From an uncultured Actinomycetes bacterium (GTDB lineage Bacteria > Actinomycetota > UBA4738 > JBBDTT01), in assembly GCA_963742735.1 (NCBI GenBank), contig CAVUMN010000003.1, positions 320,001-384,000 of the forward strand: DNA of 64,000 bases. The letters run 5' to 3'. This document shows positions 46,331-56,224 of this stretch, one piece after another. The translations under genes were made by a program, and so were the position numbers. The notes beneath the pieces are model-generated. The model was not told where the DNA came from. It saw only the letters and a list, made by a program, of their open reading frames with translations, and did not search any database. The number at the start of each line of letters is the position of its first letter. Position 1 is the stretch's first letter.

Positions 46331-46891
46331 ATGACCGCGCCCGGGGTCGGCGACCCAGCCCCCGACTCGGTCCTCTGGGATCCCGACGGCGAGGACGTCG
46401 CGCTCTCCAGCTTCTGGAGGGAGCGGCCCGCGCTGCTGGTGTTCCTCCGGCACTGGGGCTGAACGTTCTGCCGCCGGCACGTCGCGCAGTTGCGTGACGA
46501 GGAGGACCGACTGACGCCGCTGGCCAACGTCGTGTTGGTGGGCCAGGGGCGGCCCGAGCATGCCCGGGACTTCTGCGCGGCTCGCCGCGTCGCCGACCGC
46601 TTCCACTGCACGGTCGCTCCGCACAACGAGACGTATCGCCAGTACGGCCTCGACCGGGGGTCGTGGATGGCGGTGGCCGGGCCGAAGGTGTGGCTCCCCG
46701 GCGCGCAGTCCTTCTTCGGCCCCGAGACGCACCAGGGCCGAACGAAGGGCGACCCGATCCAGCTCGCCGGCACCTTCGTGATCGACGCGGCCGGCGTGAT
46801 CCGCTTCGCGCACCGAAACCGGACGTCGGCGGATAATCCTGCGAACGAGGACGTGCTGGCCGCTCTCGAGGCGGTCGTCTCGGGTTCCTGA
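46331..46891 (+). CDS. Peroxiredoxin-like (AhpC/TSA family) selenoprotein with UxxC motif
   Basis: LVFLRHWG-TGA(46460)-TFC in frame with QLAGTFVID; SECIS-like hairpin at 46480-46499. Confidence 0.8.
46480..46499 (+). promoter_or_regulatory. Putative bacterial SECIS element
   Basis: CGTCGCGC-AGTT-GCGTGACG; 8-bp stem, G in loop position 2, loop 25 nt after the UGA. Confidence 0.6.
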
Positions 46892-46906
46892 GGAAACGGA
46901 GGTCAG

Positions 46907-47794
46907 GTGGCGGTCCAGGACAAGGTGATCATCACGTGCGCCGTCTCCGGTGCGGTGGCGAACAAGCAGCAGTGCCCGGGCATTCCGTACACGCCCGAGG
47001 AGTACGCGAAGGAGGTCCGCCGGGCTCGTGACGCGGGCGCCACGATGGTCCACATCCACGCCCGGGAGCCCAACGGGACGCCGACCGTCAAGGCCGAGCA
47101 CTACAAGGCCATCACCCAGGCGGTTCTCGCCGAGACGCCCGACATCATCATCAACTACTCCACCGGCTTCGTGGGGCTTCCGATGGCGGAGCGCGTCGCC
47201 CACATCGTCGAGCTCAAGCCCGAGGTCGGCGCGCTGAACATGGGCTCCATGAACTACGCGAAGTACTCGCCGAAGCGCAAGGGGTTCGTCTTCAACTTCG
47301 TGTTCGAGAACCACTTCGACGACATCATCTTTCTGCTCGAGCGCATGAAGGAGGCCGGTGTGAAGCCGGAGTGCGAGACCTTCGACGTCGGCCACGTGGA
47401 GTCGGTCGCCCCGCTTGTGGATCTGGGCGTGCTCACCCCGCCGATCCAGTTCTCTCTGATCCACGGCGTGCTGGGGGGCATCCAGGCCACCGCTCGCAAC
47501 CTGGCCCACATGTCGAGCGTCGTCCCGGACGGGTCGACGTGGGGGGTCATCGCCATCAGCCGGAACCAGTGGATGATGGTCGCGGCGTCGGCCACCCTGG
47601 GCGGCAACGTGCGGGTCGGCTTCGAGGACAACTTCTACCTCCCGTCGGGGGAGATGGCGTCCTCGAACGGCGAGCTCGTGGAGTCGGCGGCCGCGATCTG
47701 CCGGCTGCAGGGACGCGAGGTCGCGGAGCCCCAGGAGGCCCGATCGCTGCTGTCGCTGCCCCTCGAGCCCGACCGAACCGCGGTGATGGCCTGA
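46907..47794 (+). CDS. Beta-keto acid cleavage enzyme (BKACE/DUF849, Kce-like)
   Basis: KVIITCAVSG, PYTPEE, VHIHAR, LNMGSMN and RVGFEDN motifs. Confidence 0.92.
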   Translation: MAVQDKVIITCAVSGAVANKQQCPGIPYTPEEYAKEVRRARDAGATMVHIHAREPNGTPTVKAEHYKAITQAVLAETPDIIINYSTGFVGLPMAERVAHIVELKPEVGALNMGSMNYAKYSPKRKGFVFNFVFENHFDDIIFLLERMKEAGVKPECETFDVGHVESVAPLVDLGVLTPPIQFSLIHGVLGGIQATARNLAHMSSVVPDGSTWGVIAISRNQWMMVAASATLGGNVRVGFEDNFYLPSGEMASSNGELVESAAAICRLQGREVAEPQEARSLLSLPLEPDRTAVMA

Positions 47795-48009
47795 TGGCCA
47801 CCGAGGTCCAGGCCGAGATGGTCGCCAACGTCTGGAAGATCGTCGTGGCGCCCGGAGACACGGTGGCCGCCGGCGACCCGCTGGTGATCCTGGAGTCGAT
47901 GAAGATGGAGATCCCCGTGGAGTCCCCGGTGGACGGCACCGTGAGCGAGCTCCGCGTCCAGGAGGGGGGCGTCGTCCAGGAGGGCGACGTCATCGCGGTC
48001 GTCGAGTAA
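47794..48009 (+). CDS. Stand-alone biotin carboxyl carrier protein (TB7.3/Rv3221c-like)
   Basis: 71 aa; ILESMKMEIPV biotinylation motif. Confidence 0.92.
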   Translation: MATEVQAEMVANVWKIVVAPGDTVAAGDPLVILESMKMEIPVESPVDGTVSELRVQEGGVVQEGDVIAVVE

Positions 48010-48018
48010 CGTCGCCGC

Positions 48019-48810
48019 GTGACGCTGGTTCGCATCGAGCCCGGCCGGGTCTGGCGGCTCACGCTCGACCGCCCGGAGCAGCGCAACGCGGTCTCCGCGG
48101 CGATGATGGAGGAGTTCCTCTCGGCGCTGGGCGACGCCGCCGTCGATCCCGCCGCGCGGGCGATCGTCCTGGCGGGCGCCGGCGACCACTTCTGCGCCGG
48201 AGCCGACGTCGCGGAGCTCCTGGAGGCCACCGGGGGTCCGGGGGCGATCGAGTACGGCCGCGCATTCGAGGAGGTCCTCCGGGCGATCGGCGACCACCCC
48301 GTGCCGGTCATCGCCCGGGTCCAGGGGGCGGCCCTGGGGGCGGGCTGCCAGCTCGCGGTGGCCTGCGACCTCGCCGTGGCGGCCGAGGACGCCAGGATCG
48401 GAATCCCGTCGTCGCGTCTCGGCCTGCTCATCAACGTCGAGAACATCGAACGCCTCACGCTCTCCGCCGGATCGAAGCGGGCCGCCGAGCTCCTCTTCAC
48501 CGGCCGGGCCCTGGAGGGAACGGAGGCCGCAGCGTGGGGGATCATCAACCGTGCGGTGCCCGCCGCGGACCTCGACCAGGAGGTGGATCGGCTGGCGAAG
48601 CTCATCGCGGACGGGGCGCCGATCTCCGTCCGGGGTTCGAAGCGGGGGATCCAGGCCGTGCTGGGAGCCCTGTCCATGGACGAGACGACCGAGCGGGACC
48701 GCATCGCGGAGTTCGACATGATGGCCGCGCAGGCCCTGGCCAGCGAGGACCTCCGTGAGGGGATCGCGGCCTTCCGCGAACGACGCCCTCCGGAGTTCCG
48801 AGGCACGTGA
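48019..48810 (+). CDS. Enoyl-CoA hydratase/isomerase
   Basis: LDRPEQRNAV, FCAGADV, GAGCQLAVACD. Confidence 0.9.
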   Translation: MTLVRIEPGRVWRLTLDRPEQRNAVSAAMMEEFLSALGDAAVDPAARAIVLAGAGDHFCAGADVAELLEATGGPGAIEYGRAFEEVLRAIGDHPVPVIARVQGAALGAGCQLAVACDLAVAAEDARIGIPSSRLGLLINVENIERLTLSAGSKRAAELLFTGRALEGTEAAAWGIINRAVPAADLDQEVDRLAKLIADGAPISVRGSKRGIQAVLGALSMDETTERDRIAEFDMMAAQALASEDLREGIAAFRERRPPEFRGT

Positions 48811-49466
48811 CGCCGGCGAGGCTCGGCCGGGACAGCCCGCTCGAGGAGCGAGCTCCCGTGGTGATCGACCGCCTGAAGGCGGCGTACCCCGACGCGACCG
48901 TCGCCCTGAAGTTCTCGAACCCGCTCGAGATGCTGGTGGCGACCATCCTGTCGGCCCAGTGCACCGACGAGAAGGTGAACGAGGTCACGGCCACGCTGTT
49001 CAAGAAGTACCGGTCGTGCGAGGACTACCTGAAGGTCCCCGAGGACGAGCTCCGTACGGACATCTTCTCGACGGGCTTCTACAACCAGAAGGCGAAGGCG
49101 ATCCGCGGCGCGTGCCGGGTGCTGCTCGAGGAGTTCGACGGGCGGATTCCCGACACCATGGAGGAGATCGTCCGGCTCCCCGGGGTGGCCCGAAAGACCG
49201 GGAACATCGTCCTGGGCAACGCCTACGGCGTGGTCGAGGGGATCGCCGTCGACACCCACGTCAAACGCGTGGCCACGCGGCTGGGGTTCACCGGCCAGAA
49301 GGATCCCGACAAGGTCGAGCGCGAGCTGATGGCGCGCATCCCGAAGGAGGACTGGTTCTCGTTCACCTACGTGCTCATCGATCACGGACGCCGGATCTGC
49401 CAGGCGAAGCGCCCGTTGTGTGAGGAATGCCCGGTGAACGACCTGTGTCCGTCGAGCCTCGTGTAG
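48807..49466 (+). CDS. nth: Endonuclease III
   Basis: LSAQCTD, LPGVARKTGN, VDTHV and C-terminal Cx6Cx2Cx5C. Confidence 0.95.
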   Translation: MTPARLGRDSPLEERAPVVIDRLKAAYPDATVALKFSNPLEMLVATILSAQCTDEKVNEVTATLFKKYRSCEDYLKVPEDELRTDIFSTGFYNQKAKAIRGACRVLLEEFDGRIPDTMEEIVRLPGVARKTGNIVLGNAYGVVEGIAVDTHVKRVATRLGFTGQKDPDKVERELMARIPKEDWFSFTYVLIDHGRRICQAKRPLCEECPVNDLCPSSLV

Positions 49467-49535
49467 CCTTCGGCAGGACCGCGCGCCCCGGCGGAGAAGT
49501 TGTTCGAAACGCCCTCAATTGGCATGGAGGTCAAT

Positions 49536-51797
49536 GTGGCCCGTCGTGTGATCCTGTCGCTGTCCCTGATCGCCCTGCTCGCCTCGGGCCTGACGGGGCC
49601 TCCGGCCGGCGCCGTGAGGAAGCCCAAGAAGCCCCCGGCGATCGGGTTCTCGAGCGCGGTCGTGGTCGACCCCGTGCACACCTTCGGCGAGCCGGACGTC
49701 CGTATGGGTCTCGACGGCGTCACCCACGTGAGCGGCCCGTGGGGGACCGGCACGCAGCGAAGCATCTGGAACATGTCGATGGACGGGGGCCGGACCTTCC
49801 ACACGATGCACGACGAGGCGCTCACCGTCGCGGACCAGTCGGTGACCCAGCACCTGGGCCCGGGAGGCGGCGACACCGAGATCGCGATCGCCCGGGACGG
49901 CACGGTCTTCTACTCCGACCTGGCGGCGCTGGTGACCCTCAAGAATGCGGTGTGGCACCCGGGGGCGCGCACGCTGGAGACCGGCTTCATCACCGACGGG
50001 ACCAGCAACGCCAACGGCATCGACCGGCAGTGGATGGCGTTGTGGGACCCGGCGAACGTGACCGCGACGCGGCGGGCGAGCGGCTACCAGGGCCCGTTCC
50101 CCGTGAACTACCAGACGTTCAACGCGGCCACCGGCGGGATCAGCTGCGATCCTCCCGGCGGCAGCTGCTCGATCGCCACGTACACCCTGGACGGGGTGAC
50201 CTACACCGAGCCCACCGTGACCTGGCCGATGGAGAACGACGGCAACCCGGTCATCGATCAACTGACCGGCACCGTGATCCAGGCCGTGAGTACCGCCGAG
50301 GACTCGAGCGAGAACTACGACGACATCGGGGTGGCCCTGATTCGCCGCGCCCCCGGCGCGAGCCCGACGGACCCCGCCCTCACCCAGGCCGAGGTCATCA
50401 AGATCTCGGATCTGCCCCTGGACGACACCTCGGCGGACGAGGGCGACCACATGGGGACCCGCGTGCTGTTCCCGGTCACCGCGATCGACTCCGCGCGCAA
50501 CGCCTACGTGATCTGGGCCAACCGGGCCGACGGCGCGGCCGGTGAGTCCCCGTCCAAGGCCGCGTGGCAGATCAGCTACGCGTGGGCCTCGGCCTCCTCG
50601 GGCTGGAAGCGCTGGTCCAAGCCCATCCGGGTGAGCCGGCCGCCGTCGAACACGAACATCATGCCGTGGGCCGTCGGAGGCTCCGGCGGGCGGCTGGCCG
50701 TCGTGTGGTACGGGACCCAGGACGCCTCGGCCAATCCCCAGGAAGAGGACATCCATCAGGCGTGGGACGTGTACCTGGCCATGGTCGAGAAGGCGGCCTC
50801 CGCCAGGCCGGTGATTCGCCAGACGAAGGTCACCCGCCACCCGATGCACTACGGGACCATCTGCCTGCAGGGCACCGGTTGCATCGCGATCGCCGGCAAC
50901 CGCAACCTGGCGGACTTCTTCATGGTCGAGAAGGACCCCCGCGACGGCGCGGTCCTGATCGTCTACAACGACACGTCCAACGAGGCGACCCAGAACGTGC
51001 CGCCCGGCGGACCCCAGGTCCCGCCGCCGTTGGACGGCGCCGTGGACCACCGGGGGGCGCCCGTCGTCACCCTCATGCGGCAGAACCGCGGCATCGGCCT
51101 GTTCGGCCGTCCCGTGAACGGCCCCCTGGCCACCGGCAGCTCCATGGCCGACGTCGCCGGCGACGCCGGCTGGGATCCCATCTACGGCGGGGTGACGGTG
51201 CCCGAGCTCGACCTGCGCGGCGTCAAGGTCAAGCGGGCCGGCGACCAGCTGGAGATCCGCGTGGCGGTCGAGAACCTCGACGACATCTCCCAGGCCCACT
51301 TCGCGACGGGCGGCCGCGCGGTCAGCTGGGTGGCCCGGTGGACCGGCGCGCCGGCCGACTCGGCGACGGGCGTGCGCAACCCGATCTACTACGCGGCCGC
51401 GGAGTCCCTCCTGGTCGGCGCGGGCGTCGACGGCGGGGGCGGCGGCGTCTTCGAGGAGACCCCGTTGTTCTTCGCGGGGACCGCGCAGTCCGTGGAGCTC
51501 TGTTCGGTGTCGGGCTGCTTCCCCCACATCATCGAGTACCCGCGGCCGCCGCTGAACGGCGTCGAGATCACCGGCGAGCTGCTGCAGGGCTCCGGCGGCG
51601 CGGTGGACACGCTCGTGTTCCACGTGCCGCTCTCGGCGATCGGCAACCCCGCCCCGGGCTCGTTCCTGGAGAGCTTCTCCGTGTTCTCGTTCACCCGGAA
51701 CCGCTCGGCCGCGGTGCCGTTGTCGAACCTCGAGGCCGAGCTCGGCATCACGCCGATCGAGATCGACGGGATGTGCTGTATCGACGTTCGGGTCTAG
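49536..51797 (+). CDS. Large secreted protein, sialidase/BNR beta-propeller-like
   Basis: Signal peptide; SMDGGRTF Asp-box, GGGDTEI and DRQW motifs. Confidence 0.65.
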   Translation: MARRVILSLSLIALLASGLTGPPAGAVRKPKKPPAIGFSSAVVVDPVHTFGEPDVRMGLDGVTHVSGPWGTGTQRSIWNMSMDGGRTFHTMHDEALTVADQSVTQHLGPGGGDTEIAIARDGTVFYSDLAALVTLKNAVWHPGARTLETGFITDGTSNANGIDRQWMALWDPANVTATRRASGYQGPFPVNYQTFNAATGGISCDPPGGSCSIATYTLDGVTYTEPTVTWPMENDGNPVIDQLTGTVIQAVSTAEDSSENYDDIGVALIRRAPGASPTDPALTQAEVIKISDLPLDDTSADEGDHMGTRVLFPVTAIDSARNAYVIWANRADGAAGESPSKAAWQISYAWASASSGWKRWSKPIRVSRPPSNTNIMPWAVGGSGGRLAVVWYGTQDASANPQEEDIHQAWDVYLAMVEKAASARPVIRQTKVTRHPMHYGTICLQGTGCIAIAGNRNLADFFMVEKDPRDGAVLIVYNDTSNEATQNVPPGGPQVPPPLDGAVDHRGAPVVTLMRQNRGIGLFGRPVNGPLATGSSMADVAGDAGWDPIYGGVTVPELDLRGVKVKRAGDQLEIRVAVENLDDISQAHFATGGRAVSWVARWTGAPADSATGVRNPIYYAAAESLLVGAGVDGGGGGVFEETPLFFAGTAQSVELCSVSGCFPHIIEYPRPPLNGVEITGELLQGSGGAVDTLVFHVPLSAIGNPAPGSFLESFSVFSFTRNRSAAVPLSNLEAELGITPIEIDGMCCIDVRV

Positions 51798-52454
51798 CTA
51801 CTCCTCGAGTCGGTTCCTCCCGGTCAGCTTCCACGCGGCCGGGAGGATGCCGGCGGCGAGCAACAGCTTGAAGAGGTCCCCGATGACGAACGGATACAGG
51901 CCGAGCTGGAGCGCGTCACACCCGCCCAACCCCACGCCCGTGTCGCACACCGCCGCGTTTCCGATGACGGGGACGTCGATGGCCGCCGACAGCCAGAGCA
52001 AGCCGGGGATGTAGAGCACCACCGCGCCGATGAGCATCATGGCGATCGAGCCCTGCAGCGTCCGGTCCCAGCCGCGCTTGGCCAGCCACCCGACGATCAC
52101 CGCGGAGAGGAGGAACCCCCACAGGTATCCGGCCGACGCGAAGGTGGCGTCCGGCGAGAACAGCTGATCGAAGGAGGCGCTCCGCCCCTCGGCGAAGAAC
52201 GGCAGGCTGAGCAGGCTGCCCTCCACCAGGTAGAGCGCCAGTGACAACCCGGCCAGCAGCGGTCCGAGCGCCGCTCCCACGACGAGCACCCCGAGCGTCT
52301 GAGCGCTGATCGGAACGGGCGTGAACGGAAGCTTGAGGCTGATCTGGGCCAGCCCGGCAACCAGAAGCGAGCCGGCGACCACCAGTGCCACGTCAACGGC
52401 GATCCGGCTGGCTGCCTGCCTCGGGCGGGCGATCGAATGCGCGAGTGCGGTCAC
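51798..52454 (-). CDS. bioY: Biotin transporter BioY
   Basis: LPFTPVPISAQTLGV, GYLWGF and PFVIGDLFK motifs. Confidence 0.92.
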   Translation of the reverse strand: MTALAHSIARPRQAASRIAVDVALVVAGSLLVAGLAQISLKLPFTPVPISAQTLGVLVVGAALGPLLAGLSLALYLVEGSLLSLPFFAEGRSASFDQLFSPDATFASAGYLWGFLLSAVIVGWLAKRGWDRTLQGSIAMMLIGAVVLYIPGLLWLSAAIDVPVIGNAAVCDTGVGLGGCDALQLGLYPFVIGDLFKLLLAAGILPAAWKLTGRNRLEE

Positions 52455-52543
52455 GAGCGGTCCTCCCCTTGATCCGGTGGGCCACTTGTAGACGAGCGAG
52501 GCTTCCGGTGCAAGCAGGGAACCCCGCGTAGCATCGGCGTGCG

Positions 52544-53983
52544 ATGTCGTTCTTCCACGAGCTGATCGGGATGCGGACGGGGCTGTCGCCGGCCGCCATG
52601 GACCACCTCACCCGTCTGGTGAGCGAGTGGCAGCTGCTCGCCGACCTGGCCTTCTCGGACCTTCTGCTGATGGGCCGGGAGCGGGAGACGGGTGACTTCG
52701 TGGTCCTCGGTCAGATGCGCCCGTACACCGGCCAGACGCTCTACCAGGACGACCAGGTGGGCTCCGTGTTCGGTCCCACGGAGATCCCGGCGGTCGCCAA
52801 GGCGTTCGAGGAGGAACGCATCGTTCGGGAGGGCGATCCGGTGTGGCGCAGCGGGGTCCCGGTGCGGATCGAGGCGGTCCCCGTGAGGTTCCAGGGGGTG
52901 GTGATCGCCGTCGTGAGCCAGGAGGCGAACCTGGCCACCGCCCGCACGCCCAGCCAGCTGGAGCTGACGTACCTGCGGGCGGCCGGAGACCTGGCGCGGA
53001 TGATCACCGAGGGAACGTTCCCGTACCCGGCCTCGGAGCCGGACCCGGAGTCCTCGCCGCGGGTCGGCGACGGGCTGCTCCGGCTGGATGCCGCCGGCGT
53101 GGTCGGTTACGCGAGCCCCAACGCCGTGTCGGCGTACCGGCGCCTCGGCGTGACCGAGAACATCCTGGATCGACCCCTGGCCGAGACCGACCCCGGACCC
53201 GAGGACGTCCTGCTCGCGCTCTCGAGCCGGCGCCCGCGAGAGAGCGAGATCGAACGGCGGGGGGCGGTCATCCTGCGGCGGGTGATCCCCATCGTGGTGG
53301 GGGCGAAGGTCACGGGCGCCCTGGTGCTCATCCGCGACGTCACGGACCTGCGTCGCCGTGACCGCATGCTCCTGCTGAAGGACGCCACCATCCGCGAGAT
53401 CCACCACCGGGTGAAGAACAACCTGCAGACCGTCGCGAGCCTGCTTCGGATCCAGGGCCGCCGGCTGACCTCCGAGGAGGCGAAGTCCGCCCTCGCCGAG
53501 AGCGAACGAAGGATCCGATCGATCGCGGTCGTGCACGAGACCCTCTCCCAGGACGAGGGCGACGCGGTGGACTTCGACCGCGTGGCCGAGCGGGTGGTCC
53601 GGATGGTCGAGGAGGGGCTCGCGGCCCCGGGAGTGACGATCACGCTCGAGGGGTCGTGGGGGGAGATCCCCGCGGAGATCGCCACCCCGATCTCGGTGGC
53701 CATCGCCGAACTGCTCCAGAACAGCGTGGACCACGCGTTCGACGGGCAGAGCGGGACCGTGGCCGTTCGGCTCGAGCGCCGGAACGGCGTGGCGACGGTG
53801 GAGGTCACCGACGACGGCGACGGTTTGCCCGACGGGTTCGCGCTCGAGGACCACACGGGCCTCGGACTGTCGATCGTCCGCACGCTGGTCGAGGGCGACC
53901 TGGGCGGCAAGATCGCGATGGACTCCGACGGGGGGACGCGGGTGCGGCTGACGGTCCCGCTCGCCGAGCGGCCCGGCCCCTAG
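52544..53983 (+). CDS. pdtaS: Cytoplasmic sensor histidine kinase PdtaS-like
   Basis: WQLLADLAFSDLLL, PRVGDG and KDATIREIHHRVKNNLQTV motifs. Confidence 0.9.
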   Translation: MSFFHELIGMRTGLSPAAMDHLTRLVSEWQLLADLAFSDLLLMGRERETGDFVVLGQMRPYTGQTLYQDDQVGSVFGPTEIPAVAKAFEEERIVREGDPVWRSGVPVRIEAVPVRFQGVVIAVVSQEANLATARTPSQLELTYLRAAGDLARMITEGTFPYPASEPDPESSPRVGDGLLRLDAAGVVGYASPNAVSAYRRLGVTENILDRPLAETDPGPEDVLLALSSRRPRESEIERRGAVILRRVIPIVVGAKVTGALVLIRDVTDLRRRDRMLLLKDATIREIHHRVKNNLQTVASLLRIQGRRLTSEEAKSALAESERRIRSIAVVHETLSQDEGDAVDFDRVAERVVRMVEEGLAAPGVTITLEGSWGEIPAEIATPISVAIAELLQNSVDHAFDGQSGTVAVRLERRNGVATVEVTDDGDGLPDGFALEDHTGLGLSIVRTLVEGDLGGKIAMDSDGGTRVRLTVPLAERPGP

Positions 53984-54123
53984 GGGCGCAGGGCGACTGC
54001 GAGCGCGGCCACCAGCAGGATCAGGGCCGACACGCCGACCGCGAGCCACCTCCGGCTGGAGGGATACGCCTCGTCGGACGTGCCCACCGGAGGATGGAAC
54101 GGGTGGGGCGTCGGCCGCTTCAT
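53980..54123 (-). CDS. Small single-TM protein
   Basis: 47 aa; starts 4 nt after the whiB stop; hydrophobic C-terminus. Confidence 0.45.
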   Translation of the reverse strand: MKRPTPHPFHPPVGTSDEAYPSSRRWLAVGVSALILLVAALAVALRP

Positions 54124-54127
54124 GCGA

Positions 54128-54394
54128 TCAGCCCGCGACGGCGAGCCGCCGGGCCGCCGCCTCGCGCTTGCGGGCCCGCCGGAGCGCCTTGCGTTCGTCC
54201 TCGGAGGTCGCGCCCCACACCCCGGCGTCCTGACCCGTCGCGATCGCCCACTCCAGGCAGTCGGCGCGCACCTCGCATCGCATGCAGATGGAGCGGGCCT
54301 GTTCGATCTGCACGGCCGCGGGTCCGGTGCTGCCGATGGGGAAGAAGAGCTCGGGGTCCTCGTCCTTGCAGCGCGCCCGGTGTACCCAGTCCAA
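54128..54394 (-). CDS. whiB1: WhiB family regulator (WhiB1/WblE-like)
   Basis: MDW.HRA.C.DEDPELFFPIG, 4 Cys, GVWG turn. Confidence 0.92.
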   Translation of the reverse strand: MDWVHRARCKDEDPELFFPIGSTGPAAVQIEQARSICMRCEVRADCLEWAIATGQDAGVWGATSEDERKALRRARKREAAARRLAVAG

Positions 54395-54567
54395 CGGCCC
54401 ATCCCCCTCCGTGCGAAGACGCGCGGGAGCGCGTGCAGCATCGACGCTGGCAGAGCGGACGGGGCCTCGTGGCGGGCGCCCCTCCCCTCGAAGGGGCCGA
54501 AGTATATTGACGGCCCTTTTCCCCGTCTACGGTCTGGGGCCGAATTACGAACGAGAAATTTCCCATC

Positions 54568-55308
54568 GTGGTCGCGCACCGCGGCGCGTCGGCAGACCAC
54601 CCGGAGAACACGCTGCGCGCCTTCGAGGCGGCGGTCGAGGCGCGGGCGGAGGCCCTCGAGCTCGATGTCCGCCTCACCGCCGACGGGGTCCCCGTCGTCC
54701 TGCACGACTCCGAGGTCGGGGTGGTCACGGACGGGGCCGGAGCGCTCCACACGCTGTCCCTGGCCCAGGTGAAGCGCCTGCGCGTCGGGGGAGAGGAGGT
54801 CCCGACGCTCGACGAGGTCCTCGAGCTGGCGTCCGGGCGGATCGGCGTGGACCTGGAGATCAAGAACCTCCCGGGGGAGGAGTCGTTCGACTCGCCGCGA
54901 GAGGCGATCGTGGAGGCCGTCGCCGAGGCGCTCGAGCGCACGGGGTTCTCCGGACGGCTCCTGATCTCGTCGTTCAACTGGCTCTCGATCGAGCGCGCGC
55001 GGGAGCTGATGCCCGGCGCGGAGACCGGGTTCATCACGATCTCGGCGATCGACCCGCGCGCCGCGCTCGTCTACGCGCGCGCCCGGGGGCACGACTTCGT
55101 GCTCCCCAACGTCGAGTCCCTCCTCGCGGCGGGAGAGACCTTCGTGGCCGAGGCCCACGCGGAGGGGGTCCTCGTGGGGACGTGGACGGTCGACGAGGAG
55201 GACCGGCTGGCCACGTTGTTCGGATGGGGGGTCGACGCGGTCGCGTCGAACGTGCCGGCGGTGGCCGTCCGCGTGCGAGACGCCGGCGCCGCGGCCGCTC
55301 GCGGCTAG
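54568..55308 (+). CDS. Glycerophosphodiester phosphodiesterase
   Basis: AHRGAS..PENT, ELDV, LHD, EIK and WTVD motifs. Confidence 0.92.
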   Translation: MVAHRGASADHPENTLRAFEAAVEARAEALELDVRLTADGVPVVLHDSEVGVVTDGAGALHTLSLAQVKRLRVGGEEVPTLDEVLELASGRIGVDLEIKNLPGEESFDSPREAIVEAVAEALERTGFSGRLLISSFNWLSIERARELMPGAETGFITISAIDPRAALVYARARGHDFVLPNVESLLAAGETFVAEAHAEGVLVGTWTVDEEDRLATLFGWGVDAVASNVPAVAVRVRDAGAAAARG

Positions 55309-56216
55309 GCGATCACCGAGAGCGCGTCCGGCACGACCTCGAGCTCCAGCCGGGTTCTCTCACCGATGTACTCCCCGTCCATCTGCACGGGCAGGGGCCG
55401 GTCGGACTCGATCACGATCCGGGGCTGGTCGCGCAGGTACACGGCGTGGCGGCCGCGGATGTGGCGGCCGGAGGACAGCGCCTGCAGGAGCGAGCGCAGC
55501 ACCGTTCGGACCTTCATCGAGTCCAGCGCGAACAGGTCCAGGCCACCGTCGAGGTCCACGTCGGGGCACACCCGGAACTCCCGCTCGCGCAGGTAGGTGA
55601 AGGGGTTCGCCTTCTGGCTGATCGCGATGTACAGGCCCGCTCGCTCCTGCTCGAGGTCGGCGCCCCACAGGACGCGGAGGTGGGGGCGGCGGCGATCGTA
55701 GCGGCGCAGGGCGAGGATCCCCGACCACAGGTAGAACATCTCGCCTCCCGCCTTCTTGAGGCGCTGGCGGCGCTCGACGGTGCGCACGATCGCCCCGTCG
55801 AAGCCGATCCCGCACGTGAAGACGAAGTACCGGCCGTCGGCCCGTCCGAGGGGGATCCGCCGGGGCTCGCCGTGGCCGGCCTCCAGGATGATCGAGGACG
55901 CCTCGAGCAGGTCCTCGGGGATCCCCAGCCCGCGGGCGAAGACGTTCGTCCCGCCGCCCGGGAGGATCCCCAGCGGCACCCGGGAGCCCGCCAGCCCGTT
56001 GGCGACCTCGTTCAGGGTCCCGTCGCCCCCCATGGCCACCACCACGTCGAACCCCTCGTGCACCGCTCCTCGGGCGACGTGCGTGGCGTGGCCCGACCGC
56101 TTCGTCTCGGCGACCTGGACCTTGTACTCCGAGGCCAGGGCCTTCGAGATGACCTCGAGCCGCTTTCGGCTGAACGACCGGGCGCCGGCGTTGGCGATCA
56201 GCAGGAGACGCGACAT
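55305..56216 (-). CDS. Diacylglycerol/lipid kinase family protein
   Basis: GGDGTLNEVANG, LPGGGTNVFAR and QMDGE motifs. Confidence 0.9.
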   Translation of the reverse strand: MSRLLLIANAGARSFSRKRLEVISKALASEYKVQVAETKRSGHATHVARGAVHEGFDVVVAMGGDGTLNEVANGLAGSRVPLGILPGGGTNVFARGLGIPEDLLEASSIILEAGHGEPRRIPLGRADGRYFVFTCGIGFDGAIVRTVERRQRLKKAGGEMFYLWSGILALRRYDRRRPHLRVLWGADLEQERAGLYIAISQKANPFTYLREREFRVCPDVDLDGGLDLFALDSMKVRTVLRSLLQALSSGRHIRGRHAVYLRDQPRIVIESDRPLPVQMDGEYIGERTRLELEVVPDALSVIA

Positions 56217-56224
56217 CGCGAGGG

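Noticed and set aside
54544-54570. Possible ATT start extending the phosphodiesterase by 8 codons
   Set aside because: GTG at 54568 already precedes the AHRG motif; no independent evidence for ATT initiation
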